DNA from: Octopus bimaculoides
Lineage: Eukaryota
Direction: 5' to 3'
NCBI RefSeq assembly: GCF_001194135.2
Contig: NC_068989.1
Location: 90,461,069 to 90,525,068 of the forward strand
DNA length: 64,000 nucleotides
In this document: positions 52,036-63,827 of the stretch, piece by piece
Layout: each line of letters begins with the position of its first letter
Numbering within the stretch: position 1 is the stretch's first letter
Notes under the pieces: model-generated
The model's database searches: none
The model's input: only the letters and a program-made list of their open reading frames with translations
What the model was told of the DNA's origin: nothing
Position numbers and translations under genes: made by a program

Positions 52036-52987
52036 GGTAGTAGTAGTAGTAGTCGTGAAGAATTAAACCGGTTACTCTTAAAGATCACTTGTGTCACTCA
52101 GGTGTTCTTAAAGAATATTAAAACTGACTCCTTCCAGCAGTCAGATCTGGATCGCGATTTTGCTTGTCCAGGAGATTTAGGAGAACCCTTTGAGTTGGCC
52201 TCTAACAACAGCGAAATGCTATCTCCAAATGCAGTTGCCGTAAATGAGAACTTGGGAACAAACTCAGTGTTGGCAGAAAATAAAGAACTTTTGTCGAATG
52301 TTGAGACTCTTCAACTGAAGATTGAAGACTTGGCTGCTGAAAACAAGCGCCTCTCGGAGGAAGTTTTCCAAACAAAGACCGAATTCGATTCTTTGTTGGC
52401 TGTGAAAGAAGAGCTTGAAGAGAAATGCCAGGCATCAGAAAGTAAAACAAGCGAGCTGATTACCAAACTGGAACACTATGAGACTGAAATGAACTCTCTT
52501 CAAGAGAAGAATTCAGATTTAACTGCTTCCCTGAAAGATCTTGAAGTTTCTTTTGGTTTGGTAAAAGAATCAGAAATGTCTTTGACACAAAATGTAGCAG
52601 TTTTGAAAAGTGAGAAAGAAGCACTAAATGCATGTTTGCAGGAGAAGGACAGAGATGTTCAAGACTTGACCGAACGGCTGGAGTCCAGTCACCAAGAGGT
52701 AATGAACTTAGAGAACATGCGTCGAACACTGGAGCAAGAACTGTCAGTGTCTCGACAGGAAACTGTAGACTTCAAAGATAAGCTCAACAGACATGGCACT
52801 GAAGCAGAAGAACAGAAGTTGAACGAACTAAATGTCCTTGAGAAATTGGCATCCTCCCAAGAGGAAATTACTGCATTGCAGCAACAGATAGCATCCATGG
52901 AAGATGAGAAAAAGGAAACATTGAAACTTGCTGACCTTGAAGTGGTGGAACTTAATGGAGATATTGCTGCATTACGGAACCAAATTG
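51814..52987 (+). CDS. AKAP9: AKAP9/pericentrin-like, exon E
   Basis: Acceptor tttttttccag, donor G|gtgagg, 1174 nt, phase 0/1. Lies within the 432-aa ORF; E/K/L-rich heptads. Confidence 0.88.
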
Positions 52988-53180
52988 GTGAGGGTTTTAT
53001 GGTTTTTCTCTTTTTGCTTTGCTGCTGGTGTTGAGGTGTGGTTGGGCGGTTTACTTCCCATTATGTGGTCTTCAGTTCAGTTCCACTGCATTGTACCTTG
53101 GATAAATGTTTTCTGCTATTGTCCTGGGCTCTCCAAAGCCTTGTGAGTGGATTTAGTAGATAGTAACTGAAATAAGCCTA

Positions 53181-53212
<32 letters not shown>

Positions 53213-53420
53213 ACGTGTGTGCATGCGTGCGTGTGTGTATACTTGTCCAAGTGTGTAACTTGGAGGAGCCTGCTACCCAACTCAGATAGGCTCTGTATTT
53301 GACTCAAAGGCACTTGGTAGTAACTTGGACAGGCTTGGTACCAACTTGATTGGTACCAAGTTCTAAACTTATACGCACTTGGGACTTGGTACTGACCTAA
53401 ATGTACTGCACCATTGGGAG

Positions 53421-53650
53421 TTAACCCTTTCGTTACCATATTTATTTTAAAATACTCTGTGTTTCTTTCATTTGATTTTAAATATAACAAAGAATTTAGT
53501 AAAATAACTTAATTATCATTAAGCTAGTGTTAGGAAGATAAATTGTGACTAAAGTTTGGTGGAAGATTTTAATTTAGAACTTTTGAAAACAAGACATTTG
53601 TACTGCAAAACCAGAGTTGGTTTCAGCCGGGTTGGTCATGAAAGGGTTAA
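53421..53650 (+). mobile_element. Intact TTAA-flanked MITE (piggyBac-like)
   Basis: TTAA CCCTTTCGTTACC ... GGTCATGAAAGGG TTAA: imperfect TIRs with TTAA on both sides. Strand is arbitrary, for comparison with 19759-20986. Confidence 0.8.
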
Positions 53651-53798
53651 ATGATTTGATGATAGTTGATAAATGTTCCTAGTGACCACTTGTTTGGTTG
53701 ACCATACTCTGTCAACCATTTGCATACTTGATGTATCTACCACTTTCTATTCATTTAAAAAATATGCTAATTTTTCTCTTTCTTGTTTTTTTTTCCAG

Positions 53799-56704
53799 CT
53801 GAGTTGGAAGAGAATAATTCTCAACAGATGAAGAAAATGGCTGACCAGTATAGCCTTTTAGAAGAAGTGAACCTTCAACTTTCTGAGTTGAGTGCAAGAT
53901 TCGAGGAAACTAAACTGACCAATGAATCATTAACAAGAGAGAAAGACACACTCAACCAATGGAATGCCTCGTTAGGAGAGCAGTTTTCGAAATTTGCTTC
54001 CCTTGTCACATTGGTGATTGGAGAAGATACCGAGGGATTGAACTTGAGCACCACGTCAAATGATGAAGATTTGGTAAAAGTTGAGGCAGTCGTCAATGAA
54101 ATGTCTTCAAAGGTGACAAAACACAAAGAGAATTTACTTCGGCTAGAGTCAGAGAATAAATCTCTGGCTGAATTTCGTATTCATGAGAAAGAGGAGGCCG
54201 ATAAGACCATGAAAGAAAGAGCTAACGAGATTTCTTTGTACCAGGAAATGGTCAGTGCTTTGGAGGCAGAAAAGCAGTCATTGAGTCAAAATTTGGTAGC
54301 ATTTGAGAATAATTGCAAAGCTAAAGATTTGGAGATTGAGAGGCTGAAGTGTGAAGTAGAGTCACTACAGGTGACTGAATCAACAGAAGAACGTTTTGCT
54401 GAAATGGATACACTCTTGATTCAGCGCCAACAAGAAGTTAACCAGCTGACTGAAGAATTGACCAGCTTAAAACAGAGCAGTTCAAAAGATCTCGTAACTT
54501 TGAGAAAGAGTGTTGAGGAATTTGAAGAAAAAGTTCAGGGAAAAGATGAATGTGTTAGAAATTTGGCACAACAACTTGATGAAGAAAAGGAATTGGTGAT
54601 ACGTTTGACTCAGCAGCTTGATGAGGAGAAAGAATTGGCAATTCGTTTGACACAACAGCTTGACGAAGAAAAGGAATTGGTGATACGTTTGACTCAGCAG
54701 CTTGAGGAGGAGAAAGAATTGGCAATTCGTTTGACACAACAACTTGACGAAGAAATGGAATTGGTGATTAGTTTGACTCAGCAGTCTGACTCTCGGGCTG
54801 AAGAGAATGAAAAGCTTAAATTACAAATATCTTCTCTTCAAGAATCTGGAAAACATGCAAAGGTGAATTTTGAAGAAAGTAATTCTAAAATTGAGAAGTT
54901 TGAAAACGAAATTGCAAAACTTAAGTCTGTAAATGAAAACTATCAGCAAGAACTGGAGAGAGTGACAGTGGACAAGAAATCAGTCGAGTGTAGCTTTGAG
55001 GAATTGAAGTCTAATTACTCAGCTTTGGAATGTGATTATACTGAGTTGAAGCAGAGTTTAGATAAAATAGAATCTGAGAAGAAACAATTGATATGTGTGA
55101 ATGAGGATTTGTCTAAAGTGGCAGAAGAAAAGAATAAATTATTACAAGAACTTGAAGAATTTCATAGGAAAGAAAAGGAAGCCCTTCAAGAAATGAATGA
55201 GGATTTGAAAACTAAAATTGAGGCATTGGAGTCTGACAAAAACCATCTTCAAAATGTCTATGACCAAACAGTTCAGAGTTTGTTGGATAACCAAGAGAAA
55301 TTACATAAACTAAATGAAGAGCATTTAGTGTTGGAAGATCATTTTAAGGTTCAGAGTGAAGAATTTGTTCAAACGAAGAAAGAATTTGAAGGCAGTAAGG
55401 AAGCATCTTTGAAAACAATAGCAGATTTAGAGAAGTCATTGCTTGAAGTAGAATCGAATGCCTCTTCTGAAAAAGCGAGCATGAATAAAGAAGTTCAAGA
55501 ACTTTTGGCAATGAAGGAGTCCTTATTGGTTAAAATTGAAGAGCTTTCTCGTAGCAGTGGTTCTGGTGAAGCACAGCTTTTGGCATCGAGAGAAGCAGTG
55601 TCTCAGGTGTTAGGTAAAGCCAATGATGAGCTGGAAAGTTTCAAAGAACTTTGGTCGATTGAGAAAACTGAACTTTGTAATAAAATCAGAAGTTTGTCTG
55701 CCGACCTTGAGAACTTGCAGCAGGAAAAGAATGGTTTGCAACAGGAGAGAGGAAGTTTGCAACAGGAGAACGAAAGATTGCAACCAGAGAACGAAAGACT
55801 ACAACATGAAGTGAAAGATTTTCAAAAAACGATAGAACACTTGCAGCGTGAAAACTTTCAATTGCAACATCAAAAGGAAGAGCTGCAATATGAAATGGAG
55901 AATTTCAAAGACAAGAACAATAGTTTGCAACATGAAAAAGATGGCTTGCCACAAGAGAGAGGAAGTTTGCAACAAGAGATAGTTGATTTGCAAGGTTTGC
56001 AACAGGAAAAGAATAGCTGGCTGCAAGAGAAAGAAAACCTACAACAACATTGCGAAAGTTTACAACGAGAGAAGGATATGCTGTTGCAAAAGAACAAGAA
56101 TCTACAACAAGAGAAAGAGTTTTTGTTACAAGAAAACACAAGTTTACAACTGAAGGAAGGACAGCAGGATTCTAAAATTGATTTGTTGGCTGAGAACCAG
56201 GGTTTGCAGTCGAAGGAAAAGAAGGGTTTTGAAAACGAGGATTTGCAGTCGGAGGAAAGGAAAGGTTTCGAAAACGAGGGTTTGAGATGGGACAACGATG
56301 ATCTACAACCGCATCAACAAGAACTACGACTAAATTGTCTACAAGCCTCAGTTGTACAGACGTGTGAAGCAAACCCTCGTGTTCCGGAAAGTTTTGAATC
56401 CAAGGATTTAGGGAGCCACACTACGAAATGTCAGAGTGTTGAAGTGCCTTTAGAAAAATGCAGAGAAGAGTGTGGTGCCACTGTTGGCAGTAGCAATGGT
56501 GAAGGCAGTAGCAGCACCGTTGTTAATGGGAACGAGACCATCCTCAGTGCTGTGGATACTTTGGAAAACTACAAAGAGCAGTTAGAGATGATGGCTGAGA
56601 AATATGAAATGGAGTTGAAGTATGTTCGCCTGAATATTCTGGCTGAGTTAGCAGAGGAGAAGGAAAACTTTGAGAAGGAAGTTGAACAGAGATACAGTTT
56701 GAAG
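53799..56704 (+). CDS. AKAP9: AKAP9/pericentrin-like, exon F (large coiled-coil exon)
   Basis: Acceptor tttttccag|CT completes phase 1 from exon E (G+CT = Ala); donor AAG|gtaagc; 2906 nt open; within the 976-aa ORF. Confidence 0.92.
54563..54784 (+). repeat. In-frame coding tandem repeat, 42 nt (14 aa) x about 5.3
   Basis: L(A/T)QQL(D/E)EEKEL(V/A)IR units starting at 54563, 54605, 54647, 54689, 54731 and (partial) 54773. Confidence 0.95.
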
Positions 56705-57247
56705 GTAAGCTAGTCCATTCCAGTGTTTGCTTCTAAGTTGGCCTTGTTTGAGCAAGTCAGGGATCAATTGTAAAGAGTCCATCCGTGACCATTCTGACAT
56801 TTATTTTCTTCATTTATCTTTTTTCATTCATAGGCATGGCTGTGTGGTTGAGAAGCTTGCTTCCTAATCATATGGTCTTGGGTTCAATCCTAGTGCACAG
56901 CACCTTGAGCACCAGCATCGGTTGTCAAACGATGTTGGGAGACAAACATGCAAACACACACATACATACATACATACATATATATATGATGGGCTTCTTT
57001 CAGTTTCCATCTACTAAATCCACTCACAAGGCTATAGTTGGTCTGAGGCTATATAGTAGAAGACACTTGTCCAAGGTGCCATGCAGTAGGATTGAACTCG
57101 GGACCATCTGGTTGATAAGCAAGCTACTTACCACAGCCACTCCTGCACCTAATAAATTTATGTCAGCTGTATGTCTCTATTTTCTTTTCATTCTTATATA
57201 TATGTATGTGTGTGTGTGAGTGAGTGTGTGTGTTTGTGTGTGAGTGA

Positions 57248-57304
<57 letters not shown>

Positions 57305-57351
57305 TACAAACACACACACACAATTAGTCTAGCTATGAACTCTGTGAAACA

Positions 57352-57624
57352 TCTCTGAATAATTATTTACATTATTTACAATTGATGGATATTTGTCCTC
57401 ATCTTGTCTATTGTTAACACAACGTTTCGGCTGATATACCCTCCAGCCTTCATCAGGTGTCTTGGGGAAAATTTCGAACCTGGGCTCTCGTTCCTACGGT
57501 ATTTTTCGATGTTGTTGTTGTTGTTGTTGTTATTATTATTATTATTATTCAGGTCACTGCCTGGAATCAAACTTGGAATCTTGGAGTTAGTAGCCTGTGC
57601 TCTTAACCACTACGCCATATGGCC
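57352..57624 (-). mobile_element. tRNA-headed SINE with hammerhead-containing tail (family C, most complete copy)
   Basis: Head 57550-57624 (TGGCGTAGTGG A-box, GTTTGATTCC B-box), (AAT)n(AAC)n linker, tail with hammerhead at 57416-57461. Confidence 0.8.
57416..57461 (-). ncRNA. Minimal type I hammerhead (family C), intact core
   Basis: Minus strand: GACAC CTGATGA A GGCTG gagggtatat CAGCC GAA ACGT T GTGTT. Confidence 0.75.
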
Positions 57625-57627
57625 GTG

Positions 57628-57810
57628 GGCAGTGACCTCTATAATAATAAAAATAATAACAATAATAACATTTAAAAATACCTTAGGAATGAGAACCCAG
57701 GTTCGCAATTTCCCCAAGACACCTCATGAAGGCTGGAGGGTATATCAGCCGAAATGTTGTGTTAGCAACAAACAAGATGAGGACAAATATCCCTCAAATG
57801 TAAATAATTC
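57628..57810 (+). mobile_element. Inverted, 5'-truncated family C copy with a mutated hammerhead (57718-57763)
   Basis: GGCAGTGACCT, (AAT)n linker and tail; core reads CTCATGA ... GAAATGTT. Confidence 0.8.
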
Positions 57811-57882
57811 CTCATCTCTTAAATACAGAGCTATATATCATCTCTGAATGAATTGACTTATTTCCTTGCGTTGTGTTTTCAG

Positions 57883-58080
57883 TTGGAATCCATAAAGGCA
57901 GAAAATGACCGAATGTTCATCGAGAATCTCCAGCAGGTACGTTCTGACCTTGAGCTCAAGCACAAGCAAGAGCTGAATGAGTTACGTGTAAGTGTAATGA
58001 AGGAATGCCAGTCTATGTCTCCACAGGAGCTGGACACTAAGTTGTACGGCATGATGCATGACTTGCATGCTGAGAACCAG
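57883..58080 (+). CDS. AKAP9: AKAP9/pericentrin-like, exon G (last exon found; gene continues)
   Basis: Acceptor tgtgttttcag, donor CAG|gtgagt, 198 nt, phase 0/0. LESIKAENDRMFIENLQQVRSDLELKHKQELNELR... Confidence 0.85.
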
Positions 58081-58638
58081 GTGAGTCTCTGCCTTTCCTT
58101 CTTAATTAATCAAATTCTTGTTGCAAGTAGTGAAATTCTGATCGGACTCCAGAATTAAGAAATCATCGTTTAACGCCCGTTTTCCATGTTGGCATGGGTT
58201 GGACATTTTGACTGGGGTCTGGAGAGCCAGCAGATTGGAACCAGGTTCCAACCTGATCTGGCAAGGTTTCTACAGCTGGGTACCCTTCCTAATGCCAACC
58301 ACTCTGAGAGTGTAGTAGGTGCTTTTTACATACCACTGGCACGGGGGCCAGTCAGGCGGCTCTGGCAGCGATCACTTTCGAATAGTGCTTTTTACATGCC
58401 ACTGGCATGGGAGCCAATTGGTAGGCATTGGCATCGACATCATGATAATTATTATCATCATTATTATTGAGTGACACTCAATAATATTGACACAAAATAT
58501 TGAGTGGTTGGCGTTAGGAAGGGCATCCAGCTGTAAAAACCTTGCCAAATCAATTTGGAGCCTGATGCCAATCTTCAGTCAAACCATCCAACCCATGCCA
58601 GCATGGAAAGCAGATGTTAAACGATGATGATGATGATG

Positions 58639-58680
<42 letters not shown>

Positions 58681-59540
58681 GTAATCACTGGTGGTGGTCT
58701 GAGTTCAAAAGCCACAGTGGTTGACTCTTTCTATTTTTCCTGGTTTGATAAACATAAACACCAGGCTCAAAGGGTTTAGTTGAACAAATCAACCCCAGTA
58801 TGACTTAGTTAATTTCTTTATAAATCTGCTACTTACTCTAACAGTCACTTTTGACAAACTGCTAAGTTACACTGACATAAACAAACCAACACCAGTTGTC
58901 AGGCAGTAAGGGACACAAAGACATATATACCTCTCTCTCTAAATACACACACACACACACACACACACATGTATGTATTTGTGTGTGTGTGTTTGTCCCT
59001 GCCCACCATTGCTTTACAACCAATGTTGGTGTGTTCATGTCCCCATAACTTAGCGGTTCGGCAAAAAGAGTCCGATAGAATAAGTACTAGGCTTACAGAG
59101 AATTAGTCCTGTGGTCGATTTGTGAGACTAAAGGTTGTGCTCCAGCATGGCTGCAGTCAAGTGACTGAAACAAGTGACAGAATTAACTCTGAAACTATTT
59201 TGTCATCTTTGCATCAACTTGAATGTCCATTCTAACACCAAATGCTTGATGATAATTTCCTGAGGTCACAGCATGTTCTAGAATGATCTCTTTTACTTTT
59301 ATTTCTTTTGTTTCTCATAGTGGTGATAATATGGGATTTCATGTCTAATTCAGCTCTATTTTATGATTTTTCTGTACAATTATATCGGAAAACACTCACA
59401 AGCATAAGGGCTACTGTATGATTGTTTGACTTGCTGAAATTAGCAGCTACATTTTCCTCAAACCATGTTCTATTAACTTAAAAGAACAACACATTTGATA
59501 TTTTTCTCTTTCCACTTTGTGCCAGGTGGCACATAACACT

Positions 59541-59571
<31 letters not shown>

Positions 59572-61440
59572 CCTGTTCTGATAATGGCTCTGGTTTGCAC
59601 CTGGTCCCATGTTTCCCAGCTACTGGCTTGCCTCTCTTTTTCAACAAGTCTCCTCTAAGTGCTCCTGGGTCCTCTGTGCTTCCTCTTTCTTCAGGGGCCC
59701 TTGTAGTGGTGTAATTGGCCCCTGTAGTGGTGTAATTGGCCCCTGAAATTCCTCTCAGCTTTAACTCAAGCCTGTCGTATTTCTGTCTCTTTCCACATTA
59801 GGAACCCCTGTATCTCTAAACCTGTGGTTCCTCACTCTTTTTAGTATCCGGGTCAGATCCAAAACCTGGGGTTTTTTAGAGGTCTGCACCAAAATAAGTA
59901 AAACACAAGTCAATTAAAGAAAAATGTATAATATTTATTGAGGGCTGCTGGAAGGTTGCTTGAGGGTCGCATGCAGCCCTGGGTGCCGCAGTTGAGAACT
60001 ACTGTTCTAAAGTGTTGTGCATTCTTCTGAATGCTGGAAGTTTCTATAATGAGAAGGTTTTTTTTTTCAGGATCAGCTGATTAACCTAGTGCCAGAACCT
60101 TCAAGACCTGAAGTTGGGGTTGGTTTTCTATCAGGGTTTCTTTCTCGTAGACAAACACACTGCTGCCCATTTAAACAAGCTCTCTCTGCCCAGGATTTGA
60201 AATTGGAGTTTCCTTCTCCTTGTAGGTTTATGGCTCTCCAGCCTGACCAGCCTAATCTGAAACTCTTCTCAAAAACTGGTGTTGATAGTGTGCTGGTTGT
60301 TTGTACACCCTGCTAAGTTAGTCACATCTACGTTTGTATCTAATCTATCCTTCCCAGTGACCAGAAGGAGCACCCATATCGACATGGCACAAATGTACTA
60401 TGGTGGGGTTCATACAGACCCGTAAGGCTGGTTTCCTAGTTTCCATGGCTTTTGATGACAGGCATTCCAGCCATGACTCTCTTATCTTTTCATATATCCT
60501 GTCCTACTAGGGCAGTGAACTGGCAGAAGTGTTAGCAGGCTGGGTGAAATGCTTAGTGGTGTTTCATTTGTCTTTGCGTTCTGAGTTCAAATTCCGCTGA
60601 GGTCGACTTGGCCTTTCATCCTTTCGGGGTCGATTAAATAAGTACCAGTTATGCACTGGGGTCGATGTAATCAACTTAATCCCTTTGTCAGTCCTTGTTT
60701 GCCCCCTCTATGTTTAGCCCCTTGTGGGCAATAAAGAAATATATCCTGTACCACTTTGTCAAAAATGTTCTTTCCTTTTCAAAATAATTCAAATGTGTTT
60801 TGGTGGAGATTAAGCTGCTATTTCTAGCTAGTTAAGCGTCTGTTTAATGAATCCCTCGATGGCCCATGTGGGAGCATAGGAAAAATAATGTGAAATAAGT
60901 TTAAATAGTCTGAACCGATCAGTTTTCACTATTTTTATAATAACTTGCATACATGTAAACTTTGCTTGGTTTTAATGTTTGACCACCGTTTTATTTTGTA
61001 TTGTTATTTTTTGTACTATTTTATTATTAAAAAAAAAAATTCCTTGTTATGTGATTATTATTGTTGTTGTTGTTGTTATTACTAAAGTTGTTAGAGTGGT
61101 GGAGATGGTGGTGTGTTAAACTATTTAGCTTCCTTCCCTCTGTCGTAATTTAGCCTCTTGTCACTTGGCATAAAACCTCTTCCTGCAATACTACACCCCA
61201 TGGCACTTGAGGTGAGGGTCTTGCCTCGCAAGTTACCTGGTGATCTCATTGTTGCAGGTGTCACATAAAATGCACCCAGTGCACTCTGTAAAGTGGTTGG
61301 TGTTACGAAGTGGCAGCCAGTCATAGAAACTATGCCCAAGCAGTCGTTGGAGTTTGGTATTGTCCTCTGGCTTGTCAGCTCTTGTCAAACCATCCAACCC
61401 ATGCCGACAAGCAAACCAAATGTTCCTTTCTACTATAGGC

Positions 61441-61568
61441 ACCTGGGTTCTCATTCCTTAGGTATTTTTCGATGTTGTTGTTGTTATTATTATTATTCAG
61501 GTCACTGCCTGAAATCGAACTCGGAATCTTGGGAGTAGTAGTCCGCACTCTTAACCACTACGCCATAT
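61441..61568 (-). mobile_element. Family C SINE: tRNA-like head and linker, tail cut before the hammerhead
   Basis: Minus strand ATGGCGTAGTGGTTAAGAGTGCGGACTACTACTCCCAAGATTCCGAGTTCGATTTCAGGCAGTGACCTG, then (AAT)n(AAC)n and atcgaaaaataccTAAggaatgagaacccagg. Confidence 0.8.
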
Positions 61569-62646
61569 TCTGTGCTTTTGAAAACATGTGGAATCAGTAA
61601 ATTCTAAAAACAAACAAGCGAAGGTTGATAACAGGAAGATTATTTGGCCATAAAATCTTGCCTCCAAATCCATTCCTATCCAAGTTATGCTCTCATACAA
61701 CATCAGATGTTAAACACGCATGAATGATTTACACAGTTTACACAGAGGCTGTTGAACTTATGTACATTTCTAATTCTCTTAACTAATTAATCCAACAGTG
61801 CATTAATTGCATTGTTAGTTCATCCATCGTTATTGACGATGACCAAGGATAACACACAGAACAACATAGTGCAGTGTGTCCATCTATGACCAATCAGTCT
61901 GATGCATGTTTGGAAGGTTCTGCTGCATGTCAGGCACTAGTGGTCTGTTGGATTGAATGCAAAGAATTGGCTCTGGCCTTGCGTAGTTCATGTTGTTTTC
62001 CCCCCACCCCCCTGCACTCCAGTTCTGTTCGTAAGAGGTGGCATCTTTGACGATGCAGCTATGCCAGGTAGGGTTAGGGTCTTGTGCTTATGTTTCCCAG
62101 GTGTTGGGGTTGATCTCAAAGCTCTTCAGTAAAGCTTTGATTGCATTCTTGAAGCACTGTTTCTGCCCATTTTGCTTGTGCAGGGAATCGTGCATCAGGC
62201 AATTGAATAAGGTGGCATTATTAGATAGTAGCTTCCACAAGGTCGATTTTGCCTTTCATCTTTTCGGGGTCGATAAATTAAATACCAGTTGTGTACTAGG
62301 GTCGATCTAATCAACTGGCCCCTCCCCCCAAATTTCGGGCCTTGTGTCTACAGTAGAAAGGATTATTAGATAGTGGCAGTATCATAGCATGGGGACTGAC
62401 AAACAGAGAGAAATAGAGACACACTGCCATTTTATATTAATATATAATTTTTCATCCTAGCAATGTATGCATGGGAAAACAGATGTAAAACGATGTTTAC
62501 TCCACTACAGAGATTTGGCTGGGGTTGGTATTTACCTTTACTCCACTTACTAACCTTCAATACAACCTGTATCTCCCACCTTTGGCATGCCTCTTGTTGC
62601 CACTTCTGCATTTAGCTACACATGTATATATGTGTGTGCTTGGTTA

Positions 62647-62739
<93 letters not shown>
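62647..62739. repeat. Long (GT)n microsatellite
   Basis: About 45 uninterrupted dinucleotide units. Confidence 0.95.
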
Positions 62740-62741
<2 letters not shown>

Positions 62742-63827
62742 CTCTGTGTTTGTGATGGGGGCTTCATTATCATCGTCGTTTTAATGTCCACTTTTCCATG
62801 CTTGCATTGGTCAGACAAAATTTGTTGAGTCAGATTTTCTATGTCAACCCTCACCTGGAAACAGGTGAGGCAATGTTTCTCCTTGATCAAACATTGAACC
62901 TTAGAAGAAAAAGGACGCCACTTATATGACAGTGATACTCATTTACAACTATCACACAATGTCAAGGCAATGAGACAGTAACACACACATGATTATATAC
63001 ATATAACAACCTTATTTCAGTTTCCACCAACCAGATCCTATCTCAAAACTTTGGTTAGCTGAAGGCTATAGTAGAAGACACTGGCCCAAGGTGCCACAGA
63101 GTAGAACTGAACCAGAAACCACAAAATCACTCCTGCACCTTAATATATATTGGGAGAGCTGTGTTTTTGTCAATGTTTTTGTGCACGTATGAAACCTTTA
63201 ATAATTTATATTTGGAATAGTTTGTTTTCTTTTGATATGACCTCACTCATTATTGGCACCTCTCACTTGCAATGGGATTGGTTGACACCTTTAATTTGCA
63301 ATGTCTTTTTCCTATTTTGGTTGCAAAAGATTTTTAATTTTATCTCTGAGAAGCCCTAACAGTAGTTTAATGAAGCTCTTGAAGAAATGTACCATTGTTA
63401 TTGCTGGGAGTATGGCACAAAGGAAACCAAGACCCAGTCTTCAGTAATGTAATATTGCTAAAAAAAAAAAAATAGAGAAAAAAACATCCCTGATGGTGAT
63501 GATAACCATTTCTAATGTAGGCAGAAAGTCGTAAATTTAGGGGTAAGGGTTTAGTTGACTAAATTGACCCCAGTTTTTGACTGGAACTGCACACACGCAC
63601 GTGCATGTGCACACTTTATTTGTGGGTTAACAAGGCTACTATTCCCATCCAAAATGGAAATGAGTACCAACATATGGCATGCTTGAACAATTGTGAAGAT
63701 CTCTTCGCAGGAAAACACTGGTAGCCTTCTTGATCCACAAATAAAGAATATTTGTTCACCAGTGTGGTGTTGAGCACTCATTCTTACTGTTCGATATCAA
63801 AGTGTGTGTGTATATATATATATATAT

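Noticed and set aside
57550-57624. Functional tRNA gene
   Set aside because: Acceptor and anticodon stems are mismatched, there is no oligo-T terminator and it is fused to a repeat tail; it is a SINE head.
60071-60316. Possible next exon of the AKAP9-like gene (tttttcag acceptor, open frame)
   Set aside because: The translation is not coiled-coil-like, it ends in a stop without a convincing donor, and a PACT-domain C-terminus is still expected downstream.
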